Part shown: positions 17,666 through 25,429 of the stretch, piece after piece
Layout of the letters: every line of letters starts with the position of its first letter
Numbering within the stretch: position 1 is the stretch's first letter
IMG/VR virus record: IMGVR_UViG_3300043408_000061
Coordinates: 1 to 63,998 of that record
DNA from: a virus
DNA: 63,998 nt
Reading direction: 5' to 3' (one strand)
The notes under the pieces: generated by a model
The model's database searches: none
What the model saw: only the letters and a program-made list of their open reading frames with translations
Told to the model about the DNA's origin: nothing
Program-made: the position numbers and the translations under genes

Positions 17666-18408
17666 AACGATTAAAACATGGTTGGGTCCCCGCGCTACCG
17701 GATGCACGGGCGTACGCCTTTGTACCTAAAGCAGTAGCGCTACCATCGAAGGTTGACTTACGCAGTCAACTGCCTGACGTGTGGGACCAAGGCTCTATCG
17801 GGTCTTGTGTCGCTCACGGCGTAAGTATTTGCCACGTCGCCGCACAGCGAAAAGTGAAGGCCAAAGAGATTATGCCGTCACGCTTGGCGCTGTACTACCA
17901 AGGCCGCGCAGTACGTGGTTGGCAGAACCAGGATTCTGGGATGTATATCACCGACGCCATGAAGGTATCTGCAAAGCTAGGCGTAGCTGACGAAAAGCTA
18001 TACCCCTACTTGACAACTAAGTTCAAGCTAAAGCCCCCTGCATCGGTGTTTGCCAATGGGCTGCTGCATCAAACACTCGAATACCAGAAGATTGATTCCA
18101 CAAAACCAGACGTTATTAAGGCCGCGCTCGCGGAGGGTTTGCCTGTTGTATTCGGCTCAACACTGTACGAAGGCTACGAAACATTAAAACCTGGAAACGT
18201 AATGCCAGACCCAGACCTGAAGCGGTCAATTGTAGGGGGCCACTGCATGGCCTTGGTAGGCTATGACTCAGCGAAAAAGCAATTCCTTGTGCGCAACAGC
18301 TGGGGTAAAAGCTGGGGCGACAACGGCCACCACTGGATGTCGGAGAAGTACATTTGCAGCTTGAGCCTGACAGATGACGTGTGGGTGTTACGCACCGTTG
18401 AGCTATAA
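17662..18408 (+). CDS. papain-family (C1) cysteine peptidase
   Basis: QGSIGSCVAHG (catalytic Cys), GGHCMALVGYD (His) and VRNSWGKSWGDNGHHWM (Asn/Trp). Confidence 0.85.
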   Translation: MKRLKHGWVPALPDARAYAFVPKAVALPSKVDLRSQLPDVWDQGSIGSCVAHGVSICHVAAQRKVKAKEIMPSRLALYYQGRAVRGWQNQDSGMYITDAMKVSAKLGVADEKLYPYLTTKFKLKPPASVFANGLLHQTLEYQKIDSTKPDVIKAALAEGLPVVFGSTLYEGYETLKPGNVMPDPDLKRSIVGGHCMALVGYDSAKKQFLVRNSWGKSWGDNGHHWMSEKYICSLSLTDDVWVLRTVEL

Positions 18409-18432
18409 TCGCCAAAACATTAAAGGCCAACC

Positions 18433-19062
18433 ATGCTCGGTAAAGTAGAATTATTCAACGCAAGCAGCATCACAGATACCAGCCTCGACTACTTCGAGAT
18501 TACGGAGCAGACGACTGTCATAGGTTTCAATCTAGCGCCAACAGAGTACGTGACGTTCGAGATGACTGACATCCCGGAAGCACCACAGCCAGACAAGAAC
18601 TGCGACCCCTGCAACATGCCTGCGGTGGTAATGCCTACGGCGTTCGCTCATCAGGTGTTGACTTGCGCCAACGGCACACCGGTTAAGCTGTCAGCTGCAC
18701 GCCCAGTGTTGGTACTAAACGCGCCACTGGCCTGCCGTATCCGCGCAGTATTCCATGGCCACGACTTCTCAACCGGCGACATGCCTGTGCGTGTGTACGC
18801 TTACGGCTCAAAGGCTGTAACAATACAGCCTGCCAACTCTGGCTGTGCTGAGTGTTGCGAAGAAGCAACACCATGTGTTGACACAGCTGCAACCACAGAC
18901 GTCACCATCACATGCTTGAACAATGAAGTTCAGTACATTCATCGCACCGTTGTAACTACAAACAGCTGCACCAACGCGGCAACAACAGTGGAAAGCTGGC
19001 GGCTACAGGACGATACGACTGCTCCGTGGTTGAGTACAGCACCATGTTCTAACTTCGTGTGA
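18433..19062 (+). CDS. Cys-rich structural protein, paralog of the N-terminal half of 20632..21756
   Basis: 209 aa. The alignment by eye to the 20632..21756 protein is given in the findings. Confidence 0.6.
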   Translation: MLGKVELFNASSITDTSLDYFEITEQTTVIGFNLAPTEYVTFEMTDIPEAPQPDKNCDPCNMPAVVMPTAFAHQVLTCANGTPVKLSAARPVLVLNAPLACRIRAVFHGHDFSTGDMPVRVYAYGSKAVTIQPANSGCAECCEEATPCVDTAATTDVTITCLNNEVQYIHRTVVTTNSCTNAATTVESWRLQDDTTAPWLSTAPCSNFV

Positions 19063-19068
19063 TATAAT
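19060..19068 (+). promoter_or_regulatory. extended -10-like element TGATATAAT upstream of the lysis cassette
   Basis: TGnTATAAT, followed by AAGGAG at 19083-19088 and the ATG at 19095. Confidence 0.45.
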
Positions 19069-19094
19069 TCACGCACCGTAACAAGGAGTTAAAT

Positions 19095-19262
19095 ATGAAC
19101 CAAGCAATGATTTTCGGTTTAGTTCGCCACGGCCTTACATTGGCCGGGGGCTACTTAGCAGCCAAGGGCTTGCTAGACCCCGCATCGGTGGACACCGTAG
19201 TAGCCGCAATATTTACAATTATCGGCGCAGGTTGGTCGGTAAAATCTAAGCAAGGAGCTTAA
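19095..19262 (+). CDS. small membrane protein, holin-like (55 aa)
   Basis: My own translation is MNQAMIFGLVRHGLTLAGGYLAAKGLLDPASVDTVVAAIFTIIGAGWSVKSKQGA. It resembles small 'Pam3 gp28-type' putative holins as I recall them. Strong SD. Confidence 0.5.
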   Translation: MNQAMIFGLVRHGLTLAGGYLAAKGLLDPASVDTVVAAIFTIIGAGWSVKSKQGA

Positions 19263-19263
19263 T

Positions 19264-19533
19264 ATGTCACGAGCAGTATTAGTAACAGCCATCCGCGAAG
19301 CGGTACCTGAGCTGACCATCGACCAAGCTACAGCAGCATTGAACACCGTGCTCGATAAAATCATCGACTCCGTGCAAGAAGGTCACCCTGTTGTATTGGC
19401 GGGCTTCGGTAGCTTCTCCCCAAAAATCACAAGCGCACGAACCTGTCGCAACCCAGCTACAGGCGAAGCAGTGGACGTACCAGCCAAGGCGACGATTCGC
19501 TTCAAGCCTAGCAAGGCAGTGGTGGTATCGTGA
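19264..19533 (+). CDS. HU/IHF-family DNA-binding protein
   Basis: LAGFGSFSPKITSARTCRNPATGEAVDVPAKATIRFKPSK is the HU beta-arm signature. Confidence 0.85.
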   Translation: MSRAVLVTAIREAVPELTIDQATAALNTVLDKIIDSVQEGHPVVLAGFGSFSPKITSARTCRNPATGEAVDVPAKATIRFKPSKAVVVS

Positions 19534-19916
19534 AGCTGCTAGCTACACTCGCTGTAGCATTGACCATGGTTGGGTGCGCGTCACCTGACTATGCAAAATA
19601 TGCTGAAGCACAAGTTGCACGCTCAGCGCAAGAGGCTAAACGCCTTGACAATATTGCCTTGATTGCACGGGAATCCAATGACCCGACGGCTCGCATAGCT
19701 GCCATCATTACACTGTCACACGCTGAAACCAAGGCTCAGGACAGAATCGAAAAGCCGACCAACGTAATCGTTGAGGCTGTTCAGGCCGGTGCTCAGGTCT
19801 ATGGCACATGGGCGCAGACGCTACTGGGGGTGCTGCAGTTGCGTAAAGCTACGACTGGAATATCTGAGCAAGATGCTGCAAACGCAATCAACATACTGAA
19901 ACCTACGCTAAAATGA
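19530..19916 (+). CDS. lipoprotein (GTG start)
   Basis: MKLLATLAVALTMVG|C is a lipobox-like signal. GTGA overlap with the HU gene. Confidence 0.55.
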   Translation: MKLLATLAVALTMVGCASPDYAKYAEAQVARSAQEAKRLDNIALIARESNDPTARIAAIITLSHAETKAQDRIEKPTNVIVEAVQAGAQVYGTWAQTLLGVLQLRKATTGISEQDAANAINILKPTLK

Positions 19917-20164
19917 ACCATGAGGTTGTCATAACCACAGCGAAGGTTGGCACAATAGCCGGCGGCTCCACTACGGTGGTCGCTGGCTTTTTCAGTAATA
20001 TCCCTATCGCAGTATACGGCCTGTTCGCCACATTCCTGTTTGGTGTTTTAGGTCTTGCCGTAACGTACTACTTCAAAAACAAAGAGTACCGCATCAAACT
20101 GGCAGAGTTCAAAGCAAGCCACAACGGTGCAGAGCCTGACGATTTTCTCGATACCACCCAATGA
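19913..20164 (+). CDS. holin (class II-like, two transmembrane segments plus a charged C-terminus)
   Basis: 83 aa. Contains VGTIAGGSTTVVAGFF and IAVYGLFATFLFGVLGLAVTYYF. Sits directly upstream of the endolysin with an ATGA overlap. Confidence 0.6.
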   Translation: MNHEVVITTAKVGTIAGGSTTVVAGFFSNIPIAVYGLFATFLFGVLGLAVTYYFKNKEYRIKLAEFKASHNGAEPDDFLDTTQ

Positions 20165-20607
20165 TTAAGCTATCGCCACACTTCGACCTTGACGAGTTCA
20201 TGGCGTCGGAGTACGGCGCTCGCCATGGCATTGACAACACGCCATCACTTGACACGCTGGCTCGCCTTCGTGTAACAGCAGCGGGCATGGAAATGGTGCG
20301 AGAAGAACTAGGCAGCAACCCAATTATTGTATCCAGTGCATACCGCTGTGTGCGTATAAATCGCGCCATTGGCGGCTCAGCCAACAGCCAGCACTGTAAG
20401 GGTGAGGCCGTGGACTTCAAATGCCCGGCGTTCGGCACACCCCTCAACATCGTAGACACCCTACGGAAATCGAATATTAAGTACGACCAGTTGATTCTGG
20501 AGTTTTGGCAGGGCGGCCAGACGGGATGGGTTCACATATCCTTCTCTACAAAACCCCGTATGCAGTGCTTGATTATTGATAAGAAGGGCACCCGACCCTA
20601 CGCTTAA
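20161..20607 (+). CDS. peptidase M15-family endolysin
   Basis: SAYRCVRINRAIGGSANSQHCKGEAVDF and WVHISF give the H-x6-D ... H zinc ligands. Confidence 0.85.
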   Translation: MIKLSPHFDLDEFMASEYGARHGIDNTPSLDTLARLRVTAAGMEMVREELGSNPIIVSSAYRCVRINRAIGGSANSQHCKGEAVDFKCPAFGTPLNIVDTLRKSNIKYDQLILEFWQGGQTGWVHISFSTKPRMQCLIIDKKGTRPYA

Positions 20608-20619
20608 TAACTAAAACGG

Positions 20620-20625
20620 TATAAT
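20620..20625 (+). promoter_or_regulatory. TATAAT box 6 nt upstream of the ATG at 20632
   Basis: GGTATAATCACGCCATG, with no Shine-Dalgarno. Confidence 0.35.
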
Positions 20626-20631
20626 CACGCC

Positions 20632-21756
20632 ATGCTACCAACAACCCTATTTAACAATTCGTCCATCACTGGCACATCGCTGGTTAACTTTACGATTGAC
20701 AGCCAAGTTACGGTAGCCGCTATTGGTTTGCCTGCGGGTGCAACCGTCACGTTTGAGATGGTTCAGCTAAACACCCCAGGCCGAGAAGCCATGGGCAACG
20801 GCAATTGCTGTGAGGTTCCTGCGGACATCCTGCCGCACGAGCTGGCATGGCAACCGCTAATGTGTTGCGAAGGCCAACCAGTTCGCGTTAACTCGGCAAA
20901 CCCATTCATCGTTTTAGACGCTCCTCAGCACGTTCGCTTACGCGCATTGCTTACAGGCTTCGACTTCTCAGCTGGACCTTTCACCGGTGATGTCATCGTA
21001 TACCCTAGCACATCAACCATCACCAGCGACACAATGCGCGGGTGCTGCCCGGACCCAGTGGTTGTGCCACCACCCCCACCGCCAGTCACTGCAGCGGTTA
21101 GTATTTGCCCAACACCGGCGTGCTTCACATGGGGCACCACACAATATACCAACATCTCTGACTTCGTAGATGACGTCAAATCACTGGTGCTCGGAGCTGC
21201 ATATAACCCAACTACATGCACATTTTCTGCACCTGCGGGCTCAGTGTTTCCAGACCTGACGATTGTAGCGTGCGTGCCAGTGGTTGTGCCGCCAGTGTAT
21301 TGCCCCTCACTGCGCCTAGATGTATGCGACTGCAATGAGGTAGGTTTTGCATACCGTGAGGGTGATATTATAGACCCCGCAGCTACGGAATTAATACTAG
21401 CGTGCGACGGTTCAACCATCGGTTTTGCGTACCCGACGCCACGCCCCGGTGCAACAGTGCCATACGAAGATAACAATGTGGTAATTGCGTATTTGAAAAA
21501 TCGCTCTGACTGCGCACCAGAGGCATCGACTGTAGTGAATGTGTACAACAGCCCAATTACCAACGTCGCTGCACCGATAGTTAACGTAGCTGCTCCCGTT
21601 GTGAACAATGCGTTCGCACCAACTACCAACGTGGCCGCACCTAACATCGTGTTGCCAGCCCCAACGGTTGCAAGCCAGACGCTTGATGCCAACGATGCCA
21701 TCGTCACCACATTGACAAACGGCACCGTGTTTACAACACCCCTCTCTAACTGCTAA
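20632..21756 (+). CDS. Cys/Pro-rich structural protein, paralog of 18433..19062 (candidate leaderless gene)
   Basis: 374 aa. Conserved N-terminal ~150 aa, then PPPPPP and a repeated NVAAP(I/V)VN motif. Confidence 0.6.
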   Translation: MLPTTLFNNSSITGTSLVNFTIDSQVTVAAIGLPAGATVTFEMVQLNTPGREAMGNGNCCEVPADILPHELAWQPLMCCEGQPVRVNSANPFIVLDAPQHVRLRALLTGFDFSAGPFTGDVIVYPSTSTITSDTMRGCCPDPVVVPPPPPPVTAAVSICPTPACFTWGTTQYTNISDFVDDVKSLVLGAAYNPTTCTFSAPAGSVFPDLTIVACVPVVVPPVYCPSLRLDVCDCNEVGFAYREGDIIDPAATELILACDGSTIGFAYPTPRPGATVPYEDNNVVIAYLKNRSDCAPEASTVVNVYNSPITNVAAPIVNVAAPVVNNAFAPTTNVAAPNIVLPAPTVASQTLDANDAIVTTLTNGTVFTTPLSNC

Positions 21757-21765
21757 GGATATCCC

Positions 21766-22863
21766 ATGCTATTAAAAACAGGCGCGTGCTTCACCAATGA
21801 GTTGGAGCTTCCGATAAACCAAACCGTAATCGCTGCAGTATTCAACGACTGCAACGGCGACCCACTTACACCCGGTGCTCAGCTGGCCAAGTGCTCAGAC
21901 ATCCCTACAGCTGCAGCACCGCAGACATTGACACTCAGTGGTCAAACACTGAGCATCAGCGGCGGCAACTCTGTCACATTGCCAGACCAAGACACAGACG
22001 CTCAACAGCTGAGCATCAGCGGTAACGTGGTTAGCCTTACCAATGGTGGCTCTGTTACACTGCCGACGACGGCAGCACCTGTGCCTCAAACCCTAAGCAT
22101 CAGTGGCAACACTGTGTCGCTAAGCGGCGGTGGTGGTTCAGTATTAGTTCCTGACAATGACGCTCAAACATTGAGCTTGAGTGGTAATACTTTGAGTATT
22201 GCAGGCGGAAACTCTGTTACGTTGCCTGCTGGTGCAACACCTGTATTCGCTACCCCCGCAGAAGCACAGGCAGGAACATCCACAACACTACATATCAACC
22301 CTGCCGACTTGGTTGCACGCGAGAATATTCCGGCACAGACAGGCGTATCAAACGACGTAACTACTATCCCAGCGCCAACTGCAAGCCAATCACCTTGGGC
22401 TGTAAACCAGCTCGGTGAAGTATTACACTACGCTCCAGGCGTTGGCTGGCAGGTTGTAAACAATCGGTTCGGAGCACAAATCGTGCAGCCTGCAGGTACA
22501 ATACCAACCCCCGTATCTGCATGGGCTACCGCCGTTAGCTTGATGGCACCCCGCGCAGGGCGCGTGGTTGTAACAGGTCACATCGTGGTTGACTCTTCTA
22601 TGTTCAGCGCCGTCGCCGGCGGTATAGCAGTAAACGGTGTCAATAAAACCGCTAGTAACTCTGACTCTGTAGGACCGATAGGAACACCGTCGACATTTGC
22701 CGGTTCATCGGGTACGGCAACACATAATATATCTAGTGTAAATGCAGCTATTAGCTGGACTGGTAATGTTGCCGCAGGCGATATAATCCAACTCCAAGGT
22801 ATAACGGTAGCAGCTACAGGTCAAATGCGTTTAGGCAATCTTGAATACACATACATAAACTAA
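21766..22863 (+). CDS. tail fibre protein
   Basis: Five (Q)TLS(L/I)SGN.(L/V)S(I/L).GG.SV.LP repeats, followed by ATPAEAQAGTSTTLHINPADL, a common fibre motif. Confidence 0.7.
   Translation: MLLKTGACFTNELELPINQTVIAAVFNDCNGDPLTPGAQLAKCSDIPTAAAPQTLTLSGQTLSISGGNSVTLPDQDTDAQQLSISGNVVSLTNGGSVTLPTTAAPVPQTLSISGNTVSLSGGGGSVLVPDNDAQTLSLSGNTLSIAGGNSVTLPAGATPVFATPAEAQAGTSTTLHINPADLVARENIPAQTGVSNDVTTIPAPTASQSPWAVNQLGEVLHYAPGVGWQVVNNRFGAQIVQPAGTIPTPVSAWATAVSLMAPRAGRVVVTGHIVVDSSMFSAVAGGIAVNGVNKTASNSDSVGPIGTPSTFAGSSGTATHNISSVNAAISWTGNVAAGDIIQLQGITVAATGQMRLGNLEYTYIN
21922..22227 (+). repeat. in-frame ~20-aa repeats within the tail fibre gene
   Basis: Read from the translation, aa 53-154. Confidence 0.8.
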
Positions 22864-22872
22864 GGCCACAAT

Positions 22873-23271
22873 ATGAAATACATTGCACAACCTGATGGTA
22901 CTTATGCTGCCTTTGATGAAGCATCAGAAGAATACGCAGCGCTTGCAGCTTTACCTAAAGACCGACGTCCTACATTCTTGAGCGAAACGAACAAGGATGT
23001 TGCTGCGTACTTTAAAGCTCAGGTGCGTAAGGTTACATACGTAACTGCACGTCAAGCGCATGAAGCCTTGATTCGTAAAGGCTTGTACGACAACATCGTT
23101 AACGCGATTGCTGGAATTCCAGACCCTATTGAACGTCAGATTGCCGACAACTGGTTCCAGAAGTCTAACGCGTTTGACCGCAGCAATGAAACGCTAAAAG
23201 CTGTGGCCAGTGCCATCGGATTGAAAGCCAACGACATCGACAACCTGTTCGATTACGCCGCTACACTGTAA
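22873..23271 (+). CDS. hypothetical protein (possible fibre assembly factor, by position only)
   Basis: 132-aa ORF after the fibre gene. Confidence 0.5.
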   Translation: MKYIAQPDGTYAAFDEASEEYAALAALPKDRRPTFLSETNKDVAAYFKAQVRKVTYVTARQAHEALIRKGLYDNIVNAIAGIPDPIERQIADNWFQKSNAFDRSNETLKAVASAIGLKANDIDNLFDYAATL

Positions 23272-23747
23272 TGAACTACGCCGAAGCACGCCCACAAATT
23301 AAATCCGGAGACCTGCTTGCATGGTCTCACCGTGGGTGGCGCTCTTGGTATGATATTCAGATTCAACTGGTTCGATTCTTCACGCAATCCGAGTACAGCC
23401 ATGTGGGTGTAGCTTGGGTTACTGGGGGCCGGACCTTTGTCATTGAGGCCGTAACACCGAAGGTTCGCATCTACCCCTTATCAAAGCTGGGTGAGTTCTA
23501 TTGGATTCCAGAATTTATCGAGTGGACCCACGAGACGGAGGAGCTAGCGCTCAGCTACGTCGGCACGGAATACAGCAAGCTCGAAGCCCTGTCAGCATTC
23601 TTCGGCCAATCGTGGGACTCAGCTAAAATGCAGTGTGCTAAGTTTGCATTAACAGTGCTAGGCTTAAAGTCAACAAACCTAACACCGTCGGATGTTGTCG
23701 ATATTGCATTGATGGACGGTTGCGTATTACATAAAGTAGAGCAATGA
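23271..23747 (+). CDS. permuted papain-fold (YiiX/C92-like, NlpC/P60 superfamily) peptidase, putative
   Basis: IKSGDLLAW...FTQSEYSHVGVAWV...VIEAV, then a late Cys (KMQCAKF). This matches the pattern I recall for family C92. Confidence 0.45.
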   Translation: MNYAEARPQIKSGDLLAWSHRGWRSWYDIQIQLVRFFTQSEYSHVGVAWVTGGRTFVIEAVTPKVRIYPLSKLGEFYWIPEFIEWTHETEELALSYVGTEYSKLEALSAFFGQSWDSAKMQCAKFALTVLGLKSTNLTPSDVVDIALMDGCVLHKVEQ

Positions 23748-24052
23748 GCGAGACAAAAGAACTTCAAGATAGCTTCGCAACCAAAGCGTTGAACGCTATA
23801 CCACCATGGGCCTTGGGCTTCCTTGGTCTATTCATGGGTGTGATACTCACGCTGCAGATTACAGGCTACAACGGAGCACTTATTCGTGTGGTCGAAGCAT
23901 CAACCAAACGGTACGAAGCCAGCGCTGCAAGCCTTGAGACAAGCGCTCAGCGCTTGGAGCAAATAGCCACACGCCTCAATTCATTGGATGCTCGCGTGAC
24001 AGCTCTTGAGATTAACGCACAGCGCGTAGATGCCAAGTACCACACTAAATAA
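23744..24052 (+). CDS. type-II membrane protein with a coiled-coil ectodomain
   Basis: Transmembrane segment PPWALGFLGLFMGVILTLQI, then heptad-like SAASLETSAQRLEQIATRLNSLDARVTALE. Confidence 0.55.
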   Translation: MSETKELQDSFATKALNAIPPWALGFLGLFMGVILTLQITGYNGALIRVVEASTKRYEASAASLETSAQRLEQIATRLNSLDARVTALEINAQRVDAKYHTK

Positions 24053-24057
24053 CTATT

Positions 24058-24066
24058 TGTTATAAT
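24058..24066 (+). promoter_or_regulatory. extended -10-like element TGTTATAAT upstream of the head operon
   Basis: TGnTATAAT, GAGG at 24075-24078, ATG at 24087. Confidence 0.45.
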
Positions 24067-24086
24067 TCTTATACGAGGTACACATT

Positions 24087-24176
24087 ATGTTTTCTAAGAC
24101 ACCATCAGCTCCAGCACGAGCACCAATGAAGCCAGTTCCATGCGGAACTTGTCCAGGTGCGAACCGCAAGAAATGA
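24087..24176 (+). CDS. very small ORF (29 aa)
   Basis: SD-like GAGG upstream. ATGA overlap with the ATG at 24173. Confidence 0.3.
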   Translation: MFSKTPSAPARAPMKPVPCGTCPGANRKK

Positions 24177-24382
24177 CCGACCCACAAGCACTTAGCGAAC
24201 TAAAGAAAGATGTAGCGCTGTCACAGCGTCTGCAGGATTTGCTTCGTCAAGTGCTAACGGCGGAGGCGTCAAAGGCGCGTAATGCTACCCGTGGTATCTT
24301 CGATGTCGCTGCACTCAACCGACAGTTGGGTAAAGCCGAAGGCATCGAGGACTTGTTAAAACTAACCATGGAAAGCCGGTAA
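24173..24382 (+). CDS. hypothetical head-operon protein
   Basis: Internal ATG of ORF 24140..24382, coupled to the small upstream ORF. Confidence 0.45.
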   Translation: MTDPQALSELKKDVALSQRLQDLLRQVLTAEASKARNATRGIFDVAALNRQLGKAEGIEDLLKLTMESR

Positions 24383-24421
24383 CAGGACTGCTCAGCACTC
24401 CACTAATACCGCCTAGCAAAT

Positions 24422-25411
24422 ATGTCCCAAGCAGAAGCACGTAAACGAGCAGAAGAAAAATTAGCACGCCGAGGCCTCAAGTACAACGACGCCGGCGACA
24501 TTGTGCCAATCGAAGACGGTCAAGAGCCTGCCGCTCAGACCCAAACACAAGAGCCTGCCGCTCAGACCCAAACACAAGAGCCTGCCGCTCAACCGCAGGA
24601 CAACACAGATTACAAGTCAGAGTTCGAGAAGCTGAAGGCTGACTTCCAAGCGTTGCAGGGCCGACTGGCGCCATCGCAACGCGACGCGGACACATTCCGA
24701 GGTTTGTACGAAACCTCAAGCCGTGAGCTTGAGGCAGAGCGCATTGCAAGCCAAGCCAAGCTCGACAAGCTGCAGCAAGAATTGGCTGAGGCCACATCAG
24801 CTCGTGAGCGTAAGTCCATCGAAGCAGAGATTGAAGACTTGCTCGATGATGAAGACCGCGCTACGGTTGACCCGTCAGTGCTGGCTGTCATCAAGAAGGT
24901 AGCAGGTAAATTCTCTGCACCTAAACCACAAACATTTGACGCGGACGCTGAGGTAGAAAAGGCCTTAGCCGCACGCGAGAAGAAGAACGTAGATACGCAT
25001 CGCAACCGATTACTAGCGGATGCCAATACGGAATTGGGCAAGCTCAAAACACTAGCGCAGGACCCAGAGTTCAACGCTTACTGCGAAGAGAACCCAGAAG
25101 TAGATATGACGTTGACGCATTTTTTACATGCGTCAACAACAGCGGACATTGACCGTTACGCTAAAGCAGCTAACCGTCTAATCTCTGCGTACCGAACTGG
25201 CAAAGCGCCAGCTGATAGCCGGGTTGCTGACCCTAAAAGCGCCAGCACTTCCGTCCTTCAGTCAGCGTTAGCCCGTACTGCGGCGGCAAAGATGAGCGAA
25301 GAGCAACTGCGTGCAAAGACGCGGGAGTTCAAGCAGTTAATCCGCAACAACACCCCGGAGTCGAAGGCCAAGGCAAAATTGCTTATGGCTGAAATCGAAG
25401 CCAATACTTAA
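24422..25411 (+). CDS. scaffolding protein (putative)
   Basis: 329 aa, acidic and helical, directly upstream of the capsid gene. Contains the tandem repeat QEPAAQTQT. Confidence 0.65.
   Translation: MSQAEARKRAEEKLARRGLKYNDAGDIVPIEDGQEPAAQTQTQEPAAQTQTQEPAAQPQDNTDYKSEFEKLKADFQALQGRLAPSQRDADTFRGLYETSSRELEAERIASQAKLDKLQQELAEATSARERKSIEAEIEDLLDDEDRATVDPSVLAVIKKVAGKFSAPKPQTFDADAEVEKALAAREKKNVDTHRNRLLADANTELGKLKTLAQDPEFNAYCEENPEVDMTLTHFLHASTTADIDRYAKAANRLISAYRTGKAPADSRVADPKSASTSVLQSALARTAAAKMSEEQLRAKTREFKQLIRNNTPESKAKAKLLMAEIEANT
24521..24592 (+). repeat. 27-nt in-frame tandem repeat, 2.7 copies
   Basis: CAAGAGCCTGCCGCTCAGACCCAAACA occurs twice, plus a partial third copy. Confidence 0.9.
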
Positions 25412-25429
25412 CTTAATAAGGAAATTGCT

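Noticed and set aside
20925-21725. 266-aa antisense ORF. Similar long antisense ORFs: 12278..12817, 24610..25074, 26703..27227, 28857..29834, 35140..35712, 36643..37158, 41323..42015 and 51155..51775.
   Set aside because: Each lies entirely inside a longer sense gene that has recognisable motifs or translational coupling. Their compositions (Ala/Ser/Arg/Pro-rich) are typical of antisense frames in moderately GC-rich DNA.
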